A DNA stretch of 64,000 nt from a virus: the IMG/VR virus record IMGVR_UViG_3300042319_001922, positions 1 to 64,000 of that record. One strand, written 5' to 3'. Under the pieces are notes generated by a model. It worked only from the letters and a program-made list of their open reading frames with translations. It was not told the DNA's origin and made no database searches. Below are positions 45,713 through 54,925 of the stretch, piece after piece. The translations under genes were made by a program, and so were the position numbers. The stretch's first letter is position 1; every line of letters begins with the position of its first letter.

Positions 45713-46227
45713 TTGTGTCCAGTAATCTGAAGAGTGTATCTAGGAGTAGTTCCTAGATTGGCTGCCAGGTGTGGTGTATCATACGACCACTCAACAACAT
45801 CTCCAGCACGCCAATTTATATAGGGTTTGCCATTGCCTTCAAAGTAATGCCCCGACTGCCAATCTTCTAGAAATATAATTGCTCTCCGAATTGACTGTTC
45901 TTGTCCTTGAAGATTAAACAAGTCAATATATTTCAGATATAAATCACTGTGCGTAGGAAGTATGGTGCCAGTGCCCATTCTGTAGTAACTTGTGCCAATA
46001 TCTTTCCAGCCCAGTAATGTGTAAAAGTCAATAAAAAGATTGTTCCACTTTGGTTGCCGGCTACGCATATCACACATGTCACCAGTAAACTTATTGGTGT
46101 ATCCTAACGACAGCCAGTTTTCGAGACTGACCGAGTCGTTGAATGTTTCGTTGATATACTCTAAGTGTTTAAATTCATCATCCCAAAAAGCAGGAATGTG
46201 ATACTTAACTAACTCGTGTGTTGCCAT
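45709..46227 (-). CDS. 2OG-Fe(II) oxygenase/cupin-like protein
   Basis: LPTHSD...PHxxxN...RYTLQITG. Confidence 0.7.
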   Translation of the reverse strand: MATHELVKYHIPAFWDDEFKHLEYINETFNDSVSLENWLSLGYTNKFTGDMCDMRSRQPKWNNLFIDFYTLLGWKDIGTSYYRMGTGTILPTHSDLYLKYIDLFNLQGQEQSIRRAIIFLEDWQSGHYFEGNGKPYINWRAGDVVEWSYDTPHLAANLGTTPRYTLQITGHK

Positions 46228-47455
46228 AATGAATCACAGTTATTCCTGGAATATTGGCAATTTTGCGCCAGGGGTCAACAACAACTGATCCGGGTTTGAT
46301 ATCACAATACGGCTGGGTGTCTTCTTGATCACCGGTGTATTCGTAAGTGATTTTACGGTTGTGTGCCCAAAGAAACACAGCAGGAGTATCAACAGCAGTA
46401 ACCACATCAGCAGGATCGTCAGCTAAAGGATCTACATATTTGACCTGTACTCCCAGTTGTTTGAGATAGTGTCCAACCAAAGTGCTGTAGCTGCCAATAC
46501 AGTATGGCACATCGGGTTTGTAGGCTTTGCCGTGAATCACAATGGGCAAGATCTTTTGGTCCTGGGTGGCAGTGTCAAACAAAAATTTGGCAAGATTTTT
46601 TGCTTGAATTTCTCTAGCATGCATCACAGTATCAAATAGGTCGTAGCCGATGTCGTACTCTTGTGCCAGCCAACGCAGTGCAATGTTGTCACGTGGATGG
46701 CAAGCACCTGCATCGCCCATGCCAGCTGTCATGTACTTAGGCCCCATGATACGCATAGTACTACGAGCTAGTGCATCGGTTACAACATCAACATTGATGT
46801 GACCAATTTTCATAGCAAAGTCTTGAATCATGTTGACCAAGCCAACCTTGGCGCTGATAAATGTGTTGTAGAATATTTTAATGGCTTCGCATTCATCCCA
46901 GGTACCAATCTCATAGCGCGGATTGTTCTGCATTATGCTCTTGTAGATCTCCACAAGCTCGTTGGCCAATGCATTGGGATTGCCGTCCTCGGTTCCGATC
47001 ATGATCATTTCTGGATTGACCATGTCCCACTTAACTGACCCCATGGCAATCAAATACGGATTGTATAAAAATTGATGTTTTTTATCCAACAATGGCACAA
47101 AGTGTTTCCGAGTAGTTCCGGGTAGTACAGTGCTGATCAGCACAATCTTCTTGGGAGTTGTTGCGTGGGCATTGATTTTCTCAATAGCATCTTTAACAGC
47201 ATCATGTCCAAAGTCTTTTGGAGTCATGTGACTAGATGGAACACTGCCATCATACCCTTCTTGGTGTGGGGTTGGTACTGCTATAAAGATCCAATCACTG
47301 TTGTTTATGGTGTCTTCAATGCTGCAAACTTCTACCTGGTCACTTTGTCTTGGGTAAATATCATACCCGAAAACTTTATATTTCTCTGCAAATACTTCTG
47401 CACAATCTAGGCCAAGTTTGCCAAGACCAATAAAACCCACTTTGATATCGTTCAT
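46205..47455 (-). CDS. UDP-glucose/GDP-mannose dehydrogenase family
   Basis: GLGKLG, AVPTP, STVLPGT, GACHPRD, AYKP motifs. Confidence 0.9.
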   Translation of the reverse strand: MNDIKVGFIGLGKLGLDCAEVFAEKYKVFGYDIYPRQSDQVEVCSIEDTINNSDWIFIAVPTPHQEGYDGSVPSSHMTPKDFGHDAVKDAIEKINAHATTPKKIVLISTVLPGTTRKHFVPLLDKKHQFLYNPYLIAMGSVKWDMVNPEMIMIGTEDGNPNALANELVEIYKSIMQNNPRYEIGTWDECEAIKIFYNTFISAKVGLVNMIQDFAMKIGHINVDVVTDALARSTMRIMGPKYMTAGMGDAGACHPRDNIALRWLAQEYDIGYDLFDTVMHAREIQAKNLAKFLFDTATQDQKILPIVIHGKAYKPDVPYCIGSYSTLVGHYLKQLGVQVKYVDPLADDPADVVTAVDTPAVFLWAHNRKITYEYTGDQEDTQPYCDIKPGSVVVDPWRKIANIPGITVIHYGNTRVS

Positions 47456-48770
47456 GAATGTTCCTCTTAATCAAATTTATAACTACCTCGAAGGGCTCGT
47501 CGGAGTTAATAGTACATTAATTTATCGTTTTGATCCACCGGGTAGTAAAAAAATTGGCAGTCTAACTGGGTCTAAACCTGTTACCATACCCTGGACTGAA
47601 TACCAACGACTTATTGTCACTGTAATGCACGATCAAGAGCCGTTGAATTTTGATTTGTACACTGAATCTAGCATTGGGTCTGAATTATTTCAATGGTTCC
47701 GCGATCATCGCAACGGTCAAGATGCATGGTTTACTTCCACTATGTATAACGAAATTTGCAATCGCAATCTTGGGTTTGTGTATCATGGATCTACCACCTA
47801 TGATCGAAACATCTTGGTACACAGTGAAAAACGCAGTACTGAATTGCAAAAGTACAGCAATATTGGGCTGGAGCCAGTGTATTGGTGGAGTCATGCCCTA
47901 ATTGCACGTGACTGGTACCGATATGCAGAAATAGATCCGTTGTTGTTGCAACTGCCCACCGATTACAAGTATGACTTTAATGTCTACAATCGAGCTTGGT
48001 CTGGCACCCGAGAATATCGATTAAAATTTACTGATCTCGTAATTGACCAAGATTTAGTACACAATTGTAATATCGCATTTAATCAATTTGACAACAATGT
48101 GCACTATCAGAACTATGAGCTATGCAACAAGGCGTTTGCCCCAGATCATGATTTAACAGTTTTGCCCAGCAATGCCGCTAGTTCAGCTTCTAGTGCAGAT
48201 TACGATTGTTATGATTATTCAATCTCTTGGTTTGATGTGGTTCTAGAAACACTATTTGATGATCCAAGGCTTCATCTGACTGAAAAAATTCTGCGACCAA
48301 TTGCATGTGGCAAACCATTTCTATTGGCTGCAACACACGGCAGCTTGCAGTATCTCAGGGACTATGGGTTCATGACGTTTGGTGACTTCATTGACGAATC
48401 GTATGATCTAATACAAGACCCAGTGCTTAGACTAAGAGCTCTAGTCGAGACCATGAAACAAATATCAGCACTGAGTCTTGCGCAAAAAAGATCACTAAAA
48501 CAAAATATCAAACACATAACTCAGCATAACCGAGCTAGATTTTTCTCTCAAGACTTTTTCAATCAAGTCACTCAGGAATTTGTGCACAACCATCAACACG
48601 CACGTGAAATCTGCCAGAGCCACAATCTAGGCCAAAACTACGTTGATTATCGAAAAGTAGCAAAAACTGTGCCAGCCTTGCGTGATATACTAACCTCAGA
48701 CGATCAATATCGTAGCCGGACTGATCTAGCAGTGCTGTTACAAGAAATACGAAAACACCAGGGACGTTAA
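47454..48770 (+). CDS. Putative glycosyltransferase-like protein
   Basis: VVLET...HLTEKILRPIACGKPFL...LRDYGFMTF...DESYD (TEK motif as in GT10-like folds). Confidence 0.55.
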   Translation: MNVPLNQIYNYLEGLVGVNSTLIYRFDPPGSKKIGSLTGSKPVTIPWTEYQRLIVTVMHDQEPLNFDLYTESSIGSELFQWFRDHRNGQDAWFTSTMYNEICNRNLGFVYHGSTTYDRNILVHSEKRSTELQKYSNIGLEPVYWWSHALIARDWYRYAEIDPLLLQLPTDYKYDFNVYNRAWSGTREYRLKFTDLVIDQDLVHNCNIAFNQFDNNVHYQNYELCNKAFAPDHDLTVLPSNAASSASSADYDCYDYSISWFDVVLETLFDDPRLHLTEKILRPIACGKPFLLAATHGSLQYLRDYGFMTFGDFIDESYDLIQDPVLRLRALVETMKQISALSLAQKRSLKQNIKHITQHNRARFFSQDFFNQVTQEFVHNHQHAREICQSHNLGQNYVDYRKVAKTVPALRDILTSDDQYRSRTDLAVLLQEIRKHQGR

Positions 48771-49123
48771 CTTCTTGTCACAATTCCAGTCCAGTCACTG
48801 CCTGGGTCAACAATTTCAAAATCTTTAATTCGATCCAGCAATGTATCATAGAAGCTGTCCAATTCACCTCGCCATTTGCCTTGCAAATGTTCAATTGCAT
48901 CACGACAGTATTTCCAATTCTTCAATCGATAATTGATCATGAGATTATGGTGCAAGTCGGTGAATTGCGTAATGGTCAACATTTCAGTCAGCGGTATCTG
49001 TTCCATCACACAATACGCTGTGACTGGTGCATCGCTGTTGGGGAATTGCATGGTATCTAATTCTAATACCATGTAGCGATCATCTAGTGATGAAAAATTC
49101 TCTTTGCCAAAAATTATATTCAT
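48767..49123 (-). CDS. Hypothetical protein
   Basis: Helical C-terminus ending DWTGIV. Confidence 0.65.
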   Translation of the reverse strand: MNIIFGKENFSSLDDRYMVLELDTMQFPNSDAPVTAYCVMEQIPLTEMLTITQFTDLHHNLMINYRLKNWKYCRDAIEHLQGKWRGELDSFYDTLLDRIKDFEIVDPGSDWTGIVTRS

Positions 49124-49147
49124 GTGTAATTTCCTTTTAAATATGTA

Positions 49148-49930
49148 TTGATGAAACTAGCCTTTGACCTTATTTCTGACTTGCATGTCAGCTCGCATAC
49201 CGAGTTTGATTGGACCAGTCAAGCCACCAGCCCCATTTGTGTAGTCGCCGGAGATGTAGCGCATGATCACAGCGAACTTAGACGAGTGCTTAAACATTTG
49301 GGTAAAAATTACCAAGCAGTATTTTATATTGACGGGAACGATGAACATCGACATGCACTTGAGACACTAGACACTAACTACGCTGCCGTGCGAGCCGCAG
49401 TTGAAGGTATTGATAACGTCACATACATGCATGATCATGTTGTTATCATCAATGGGGTAGCAATTATTGCCACCAATGGTTGGTGGAGCTTTGATTGGTC
49501 CAAGCAATTCACAGTTGAGGAAACCAAGGCAGGTGTTGAGAATCATTATGGCATAACCAATATTGGAACATCGTTGATAGAATCTATTGCCAACAGTGAT
49601 TCATTGTATCTGGATCGAAGCATAGCTAGATTACAAACCTTTAATGATGTCAAACGAATAGTTATAGTAACACACACTGTTCCCCGGGGAATATTTTTAC
49701 AACACGACCCTGATCTCGCAAACTACAGAATCAATTCTTCTATCAATAGCAACATCACCATGGGATTGAGTAGTGACACTGAGAAAAAAGTAACCACCTG
49801 GTGCTTTGGGCACTATCACTGGCCTGTTGACCAAGTGATTGACAATGTCAGATACGTGTCTAATCCACGTGGCAGAATAGACTCGCCCTGGCATCGTAAC
49901 CCATATTTTCCCATACGGATAGAAGTTTAA
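49148..49930 (+). CDS. Metallophosphoesterase
   Basis: SDLH, AGD, GNDEH, THTVP, FGHYH, NPRG motifs. Confidence 0.85.
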   Translation: MMKLAFDLISDLHVSSHTEFDWTSQATSPICVVAGDVAHDHSELRRVLKHLGKNYQAVFYIDGNDEHRHALETLDTNYAAVRAAVEGIDNVTYMHDHVVIINGVAIIATNGWWSFDWSKQFTVEETKAGVENHYGITNIGTSLIESIANSDSLYLDRSIARLQTFNDVKRIVIVTHTVPRGIFLQHDPDLANYRINSSINSNITMGLSSDTEKKVTTWCFGHYHWPVDQVIDNVRYVSNPRGRIDSPWHRNPYFPIRIEV

Positions 49931-50241
49931 CCACCATCTGGCTCAAGTTTGATTTGCAACGGAAATCCTTTTTCCCTTGCACTAACTGTGATTTCAATTC
50001 CCTTTTGTTCGGCAATCTCGTAGGGCAACACTGCCACTGTGGCTGCACCAGCTTCGTGAATACTTTGTGTTATATTCTCTGCTGTTGTAACAGAATAATC
50101 AAAATGTTCGATCAAACTTTCAATTACAAAATCCACTGGAGTTGAATTGTCATTGATATAGATCACTCGATACAACGGTGGTTCTTTAAGAGATAAGTTG
50201 GTTTTTACTCGTACTCGAGTTTTAGGGTCAGCTTGTGACAT
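49927..50241 (-). CDS. clpS: Clp adaptor ClpS
   Basis: PPLYRVIYINDNSTPVDFV...IHEAG...EIAEQK...FPL. Confidence 0.9.
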   Translation of the reverse strand: MSQADPKTRVRVKTNLSLKEPPLYRVIYINDNSTPVDFVIESLIEHFDYSVTTAENITQSIHEAGAATVAVLPYEIAEQKGIEITVSAREKGFPLQIKLEPDGG

Positions 50242-50252
50242 AATATTCCTTG

Positions 50253-50280
50253 AAAAACTGGGGGCAATGCGCCCCCAGTG
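50253..50280 (-). terminator. Rho-independent terminator after hsp20
   Basis: ACTGGGGGC-GCATT-GCCCCCAGT followed by TTTT. Confidence 0.8.
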
Positions 50281-50284
50281 TTAT

Positions 50285-50743
50285 TTACGTTGGTGAAGAG
50301 TTTTCGTAAGCAATAGCAATGCTCTTGGGTTTCATTGCTTCTGGCACACGTTGCTCCAATCGTACAGTTAGGATACCGTCACGTGCGATAGCGTCCACAA
50401 CTTCAACGTAATCGCCTAGTGGCCAACTACGTAAAAATTTGCGAGCACTGATGCCTTGATAATAGTACTCATGCCCAGCTGGCAATGTAGATACACGTTT
50501 TTCGCCCACAATATTAATAACGCCTTCGCGCACAGTGATATCAATTTCACCCTGAGTAAAACCAGCCACAGCCAGTTGTAATTCAAAAGTGTGTTCACCA
50601 GTCTTGATGATGTTATAAGGGGGATAGTTTGTACCCGATGTTGCCGATGTTTCAATTTGATTGATAATTCTATCAAACAAGCGATCAACACCAATAGAAG
50701 TACGATACAAGGGGGATAGATCGAAAGCTGTAATTTTAGTCAT
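50285..50743 (-). CDS. Small heat-shock protein (IbpA/Hsp20)
   Basis: YPPYNI, LAVAGF, GISARKF, DGIL, PE motifs; TATAAATA upstream. Confidence 0.93.
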   Translation of the reverse strand: MTKITAFDLSPLYRTSIGVDRLFDRIINQIETSATSGTNYPPYNIIKTGEHTFELQLAVAGFTQGEIDITVREGVINIVGEKRVSTLPAGHEYYYQGISARKFLRSWPLGDYVEVVDAIARDGILTVRLEQRVPEAMKPKSIAIAYENSSPT

Positions 50744-50825
50744 TTGTTTTCTCCTTTAATAAGCAAGTTGACTTTTTGTAGCCCGACTGTCGGCACTACA
50801 AGTGTATTTATAACACATTTTTTAA

Positions 50826-51095
50826 TTATGTACGATTGTTTAGGTCTGACACCACACGAAAATTTATCCAATCATGCGCTTGATTCCAACTTTTGGGATT
50901 CCAGGTCAGCACAAATAATGTGTAGTTACGGTCGTCCTCAAATGTCAATCTGTGTTTGTTTTTTATTGTTTTTTGCTTGGATGACACTGGGTATTTTTCC
51001 AACCAACTGTGTATTTCTTCACGTATGATCGTCAAGGCATAGTAGGTATATTGATTGTCCTTGCCCGACTGTGGCAAACTGAATTCGATGTACAT
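50826..51095 (-). CDS. Small phage protein (FxxxxxxxxFxLxW family)
   Basis: RLTFEDDRNYTLFVLTW. Confidence 0.6.
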   Translation of the reverse strand: MYIEFSLPQSGKDNQYTYYALTIIREEIHSWLEKYPVSSKQKTIKNKHRLTFEDDRNYTLFVLTWNPKSWNQAHDWINFRVVSDLNNRT

Positions 51096-52282
51096 TAAAG
51101 TGCATTGGGAATCTTGACTAGCTCAGCATCAATAGTAAGCGATCCGCGCCCTTCATCTCTATAACGAATCAAATCAAACATGTGCGGCATAAGCACACGT
51201 TCAAGTTCACTGTGCAATGCTCGGGCCCCGGTGCCGGATACTATGGCTCGATCAACCAATGCTTCTAGTGCATCAGGTGTGATAATGACTTCAACATTGT
51301 CTTTTTTGAATAGCCATTTGTACTGATCAATGTAGTTGTTGCGCACTTCAGTCAACACCCGAATCAAATCCTTACGATCAAGATGGTTGAGTGTGACCAT
51401 TGTTGGAAATCGACCTACAAATTCTGGAATAAGACCAAAGCGAACCAAATCGTCAGGTACCACTTGTGTCAGTTCAACATCTCTTGTGGTTGTTACTGGG
51501 GAAGTGAATCCCATAGACGAGCCGTTGACTCTATTTTTAATAACTTGTTCTAGGCCAACAAATGCGCCTCCGGCAATAAACAATATATTGCTTGTGTCAA
51601 TTTCAATTATTTCGCCTGCAGGATTTTTACGACCTCCCCCAGACGGTATACGACAAACTGTGCCTTCAACCAATTTAAGCAGTGCTTGTTGAACACCTTC
51701 TCCGGATACATCTCGAGTGATGCTGGAGCTTTCGCTTTTGCGAGCAATTTTATCAATTTCATCCACAAAAACAATGCCACGTTGTGTTTTTTCAACACTG
51801 TTGCCCGATGCTGTGTACAATCGACCTATCAAGCTTTCCACATCATCGCCCACGTAACCTGCTTCGGTGATGCTGGTGGCATCAGCAATCACAAATGGTA
51901 CGTCGAGGTATCGTGCCACACTTCGTGCCAGCAATGTTTTGCCCGACCCAGTGGGGCCTAGCACAAGAATGTTTGCCTTGGTAACTTCAGGATCACTGTC
52001 CAGTCGTTGAATACGTTTGTAGTGGTTGATTACTGCAACCCCCAAAACTATTTTGGCATTTTCTTGACCAATAACATACTGATCTAGATATTTCTTTAAT
52101 AGTCTTGGATCAGTCAACTCTTGATCTAATTTTAAAACTTCCTCTGCTGGGTCAAGTAATAAATCCTGACACAGCTGAACGCATTCGTTGCATATTGCAC
52201 TGCGATCACTAACAATGAGTTTTTGCACACTATCTTTGTGCTTGTTGCAAAAGCTACATGTATCGGTAATATTATCTGCCAT
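51095..52282 (-). CDS. clpX: ATP-dependent Clp protease ATPase subunit
   Basis: CSFC...C..C zinc finger, [32 protein letters not shown]. Confidence 0.95.
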   Translation of the reverse strand: MADNITDTCSFCNKHKDSVQKLIVSDRSAICNECVQLCQDLLLDPAEEVLKLDQELTDPRLLKKYLDQYVIGQENAKIVLGVAVINHYKRIQRLDSDPEVTKANILVLGPTGSGKTLLARSVARYLDVPFVIADATSITEAGYVGDDVESLIGRLYTASGNSVEKTQRGIVFVDEIDKIARKSESSSITRDVSGEGVQQALLKLVEGTVCRIPSGGGRKNPAGEIIEIDTSNILFIAGGAFVGLEQVIKNRVNGSSMGFTSPVTTTRDVELTQVVPDDLVRFGLIPEFVGRFPTMVTLNHLDRKDLIRVLTEVRNNYIDQYKWLFKKDNVEVIITPDALEALVDRAIVSGTGARALHSELERVLMPHMFDLIRYRDEGRGSLTIDAELVKIPNAL

Positions 52283-53817
52283 TAAATTTCCTGTCGAAGT
52301 CGTTGTTCAATTTGTAAACGTTCACTATCTGTTAAGAGTTCAGGGTCGTATTCGCCCGAACTCACTCGATCAATTAAGCTTGTGATATATGCAGAATTGT
52401 AAGAATAAGTATCGCTGTTGTTTTTGTCAACCTCTATCCATGATGTACCATTGTATTTGTAAAGCTTGGTTGGGATAGACACAGTGTCTATAAACATATC
52501 TCCCTTGATTGGGAATTCTGGAAATTCTTTTCCGTAAGACATTTCAGGACCGTCAAGGTATACCTCCCACGGCAATCTTTTGATAATGCCACGTGCCAAT
52601 AACTGTCTCTGAACTTTTAATGTATCAGTTGGATGCAATGATTTCCAACGATTTTTAGCTGCCTTGACTTCGGGTTCATCGGACTCCTCGTCATGATCAA
52701 CTTCATTGTTGTGTGTGTTGGCAGTTACTTCTTGACTGGGACTAGGCTGTGCTGTTGCTGGTGGGGGATACACCATGGGCTTGAGATCTTCAAAATGCTT
52801 GAATGGTTGATTCAAGTATGGGTGTTGTTCAAGTAACGATTTCTCAGGTTCTACTTTTTCTACTGGATCTGGTTCAGGAAGAGGTTGTTCAACAACAGAG
52901 TCTTGAGTTATCTTGTCATCAAAATCTTTAGGATGCTCACCTGGGTCAACAAACTTCATTCCTGTTTCTTTTATTTCTTCAACTGGTTCTTGTATATTTT
53001 TTGGTGGTTCAGGCACTTGTGCAACATGAGTGGGTTGAGGAAGTTCTATTTCCTCTTTTGGTTTTCTGTACCACTTGCGACTTTCTGTTGCTGCCAACAA
53101 CATCATGATAGCCAAAGGATCAAACACAGCAACAATGATGATGATAACCCAGGTCACTGCCTTTTCCAACAAGTTAGCATCGGGATCGTTCCCGTAGATA
53201 AACGCCGCAATGTATTTTAACGGACCAACTTCTGCTTCCACCTTGCGTACTTCAGCGGCGATGGGTGCCCGTTCTTCACTAAGTTGAGTAATTGTTTTCT
53301 GTTCGGCTGTAATCTCAGAAAGTAGTCTAGTGCGTTCTTTGGCCTGCGCCTTGCGCAACGCAACTGCTTTGTCCGCACCTTTTTCATCTTGACTTCGACC
53401 CATAACTTGGTCCACAGACTCATCCATCTGTTTGAGTACTCGGCGATTAGCATCAATGTTTTCCTTTGCTACTTTAATCTTTTCGTCATACACAGCAATC
53501 TTTGCCTGTACATCTCCACCCACCAGACTTTGATCTGAGTGTGCTTTGCTCAAGAAGCCAAAGATGCCCATGCTGGTAATCAACATCAGCATGCCCACAG
53601 CAGGCACTAGATACACCTTCATTGTGAGTCTGCATCGATCCCAGTACTCGTGTAACCACACAGTTACAACAAGCTTGGCCACTTCCAAGATACTGCCCAT
53701 GATAACAATAGGAACCACAGCCGCGGCAAAGATAGCGGTTAAACCCACTATAGAATAAAAAGCAGCCACAGCAGATAAGCATATGGCAACTATAAACATC
53801 AATGCAGTTAGTATCAT
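52282..53817 (-). CDS. Membrane-anchored coiled-coil protein
   Basis: N-terminal TMs, [26 protein letters not shown]; TAAATA upstream. Confidence 0.75.
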   Translation of the reverse strand: MILTALMFIVAICLSAVAAFYSIVGLTAIFAAAVVPIVIMGSILEVAKLVVTVWLHEYWDRCRLTMKVYLVPAVGMLMLITSMGIFGFLSKAHSDQSLVGGDVQAKIAVYDEKIKVAKENIDANRRVLKQMDESVDQVMGRSQDEKGADKAVALRKAQAKERTRLLSEITAEQKTITQLSEERAPIAAEVRKVEAEVGPLKYIAAFIYGNDPDANLLEKAVTWVIIIIVAVFDPLAIMMLLAATESRKWYRKPKEEIELPQPTHVAQVPEPPKNIQEPVEEIKETGMKFVDPGEHPKDFDDKITQDSVVEQPLPEPDPVEKVEPEKSLLEQHPYLNQPFKHFEDLKPMVYPPPATAQPSPSQEVTANTHNNEVDHDEESDEPEVKAAKNRWKSLHPTDTLKVQRQLLARGIIKRLPWEVYLDGPEMSYGKEFPEFPIKGDMFIDTVSIPTKLYKYNGTSWIEVDKNNSDTYSYNSAYITSLIDRVSSGEYDPELLTDSERLQIEQRLRQEI

Positions 53818-53822
53818 TTGAA

Positions 53823-54110
53823 TTATTTATCGACTCCGTTAGGGGCTCTGATAGTGATTTGCACTGCCATCTTGGTAGCTACCCAAGTGGCCCATCTCGG
53901 GTCTGGTACATCAAACCAAACATAAATGCCTGCTTTGCTAGTGCTTGCTTGTAACCTTCTTTTAACTTTGGGCTGACAGCGCCAGTTCCTGTGGAACCAT
54001 TGCTGTGCTTCGTGAATTATCTGATACCACTGATTGGTAGAGTTAACCTTTATCCAGAATCGGTGTAGCTCGGGGGTCGTTTCTTTAAGCGGATCAATTA
54101 TCGTTGACAT
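53823..54110 (-). CDS. Hypothetical phage protein
   Basis: ATG at 54110; NWRCQPKVKR...VWFDVPD. Confidence 0.65.
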   Translation of the reverse strand: MSTIIDPLKETTPELHRFWIKVNSTNQWYQIIHEAQQWFHRNWRCQPKVKRRLQASTSKAGIYVWFDVPDPRWATWVATKMAVQITIRAPNGVDK

Positions 54111-54114
54111 AAAA

Positions 54115-54366
54115 TTTAGAGATCTCTGAATTGATACATCGTAATACGTTGCTTTACACCTCACTGCACTTTTATTGGCCTACCAATCAGTAGCGGTACC
54201 CTAAAGGTACATTTCTGAAGTTTTAACACAGAATTCAGCAGTTGTTTTTCTGCATCAAGCAGGTGCCGCACCTCGAGGAATTAAACAGTACTTGCCACGG
54301 TCTCTTACCTCTTTTGATTCGAATAATAAGACCTAACTACCACCCCAGTTCCCCTTTGCTACACTC
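54115..54366 (-). ncRNA. Candidate structured non-coding RNA or long leader
   Basis: ~295-nt intergenic gap with at least 6 stem-loops, downstream of TTGTTA-N17-TATTAT. Confidence 0.4.
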
Positions 54367-54406
54367 ACATAATAACAGAATGTAATAAATTTAACAATAC
54401 TTTTGG

Positions 54407-54649
54407 TTAATTGTTTTTGTTTCTCAGCAAGTACATTGTGACTTCGCTGCCGGATACCTTGACCAGTTCTTGCGGATACTTGTTGCAGTCGGCCCACCGA
54501 TTGCTCACGCCTTTGACCCCTACCATTTTGGGATTGAGTTTGGCCACGGTGCCCACGTTCATGCTGTTGCTTCGCGGGTAAACCACACAGTCGCCTATGT
54601 CCAAGGGTTGGCCAAACAGGTCTGAATGTTGAACCGGCACTTTAGACAT
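54407..54649 (-). CDS. Small SH3/KOW-like hypothetical protein
   Basis: DxxGQPLxIGDxV...G.V.K..PKMV. Confidence 0.65.
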   Translation of the reverse strand: MSKVPVQHSDLFGQPLDIGDCVVYPRSNSMNVGTVAKLNPKMVGVKGVSNRWADCNKYPQELVKVSGSEVTMYLLRNKNN

Positions 54650-54908
54650 CTGTGTCCTTTAGAAGTTCTTTGAGTTTTCTGACATCTTTGTGCTTGGGGA
54701 AAATAAAAGTATGATGCCAGACGTTGTTGTATTTGATAGGCAAGTCGTTGAACACTGTTAATCTTGGCCCTTCTGTTTCATTGATCACCGTATCATTACC
54801 TACTGTGCCAACAAAAGGAATCTTGTTCCATGTGCCAGCCACGCGATCGCCAATCTGATATCTTGCTTTGTATCTATTTGCGGCAAAGTATTCGGCTAGA
54901 TTTGCCAT
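54642..54908 (-). CDS. Hypothetical phage protein
   Basis: GDRVxGxWNKIPFVGTV. Confidence 0.7.
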   Translation of the reverse strand: MANLAEYFAANRYKARYQIGDRVAGTWNKIPFVGTVGNDTVINETEGPRLTVFNDLPIKYNNVWHHTFIFPKHKDVRKLKELLKDTDV

Positions 54909-54925
54909 GCTATTTTACCTTTTGA

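Noticed and set aside
54205-54245. Hammerhead-like CUGcUGA...GAAA
   Set aside because: The core deviates from CUGAUGA and the flanking stems I/III could not be formed convincingly
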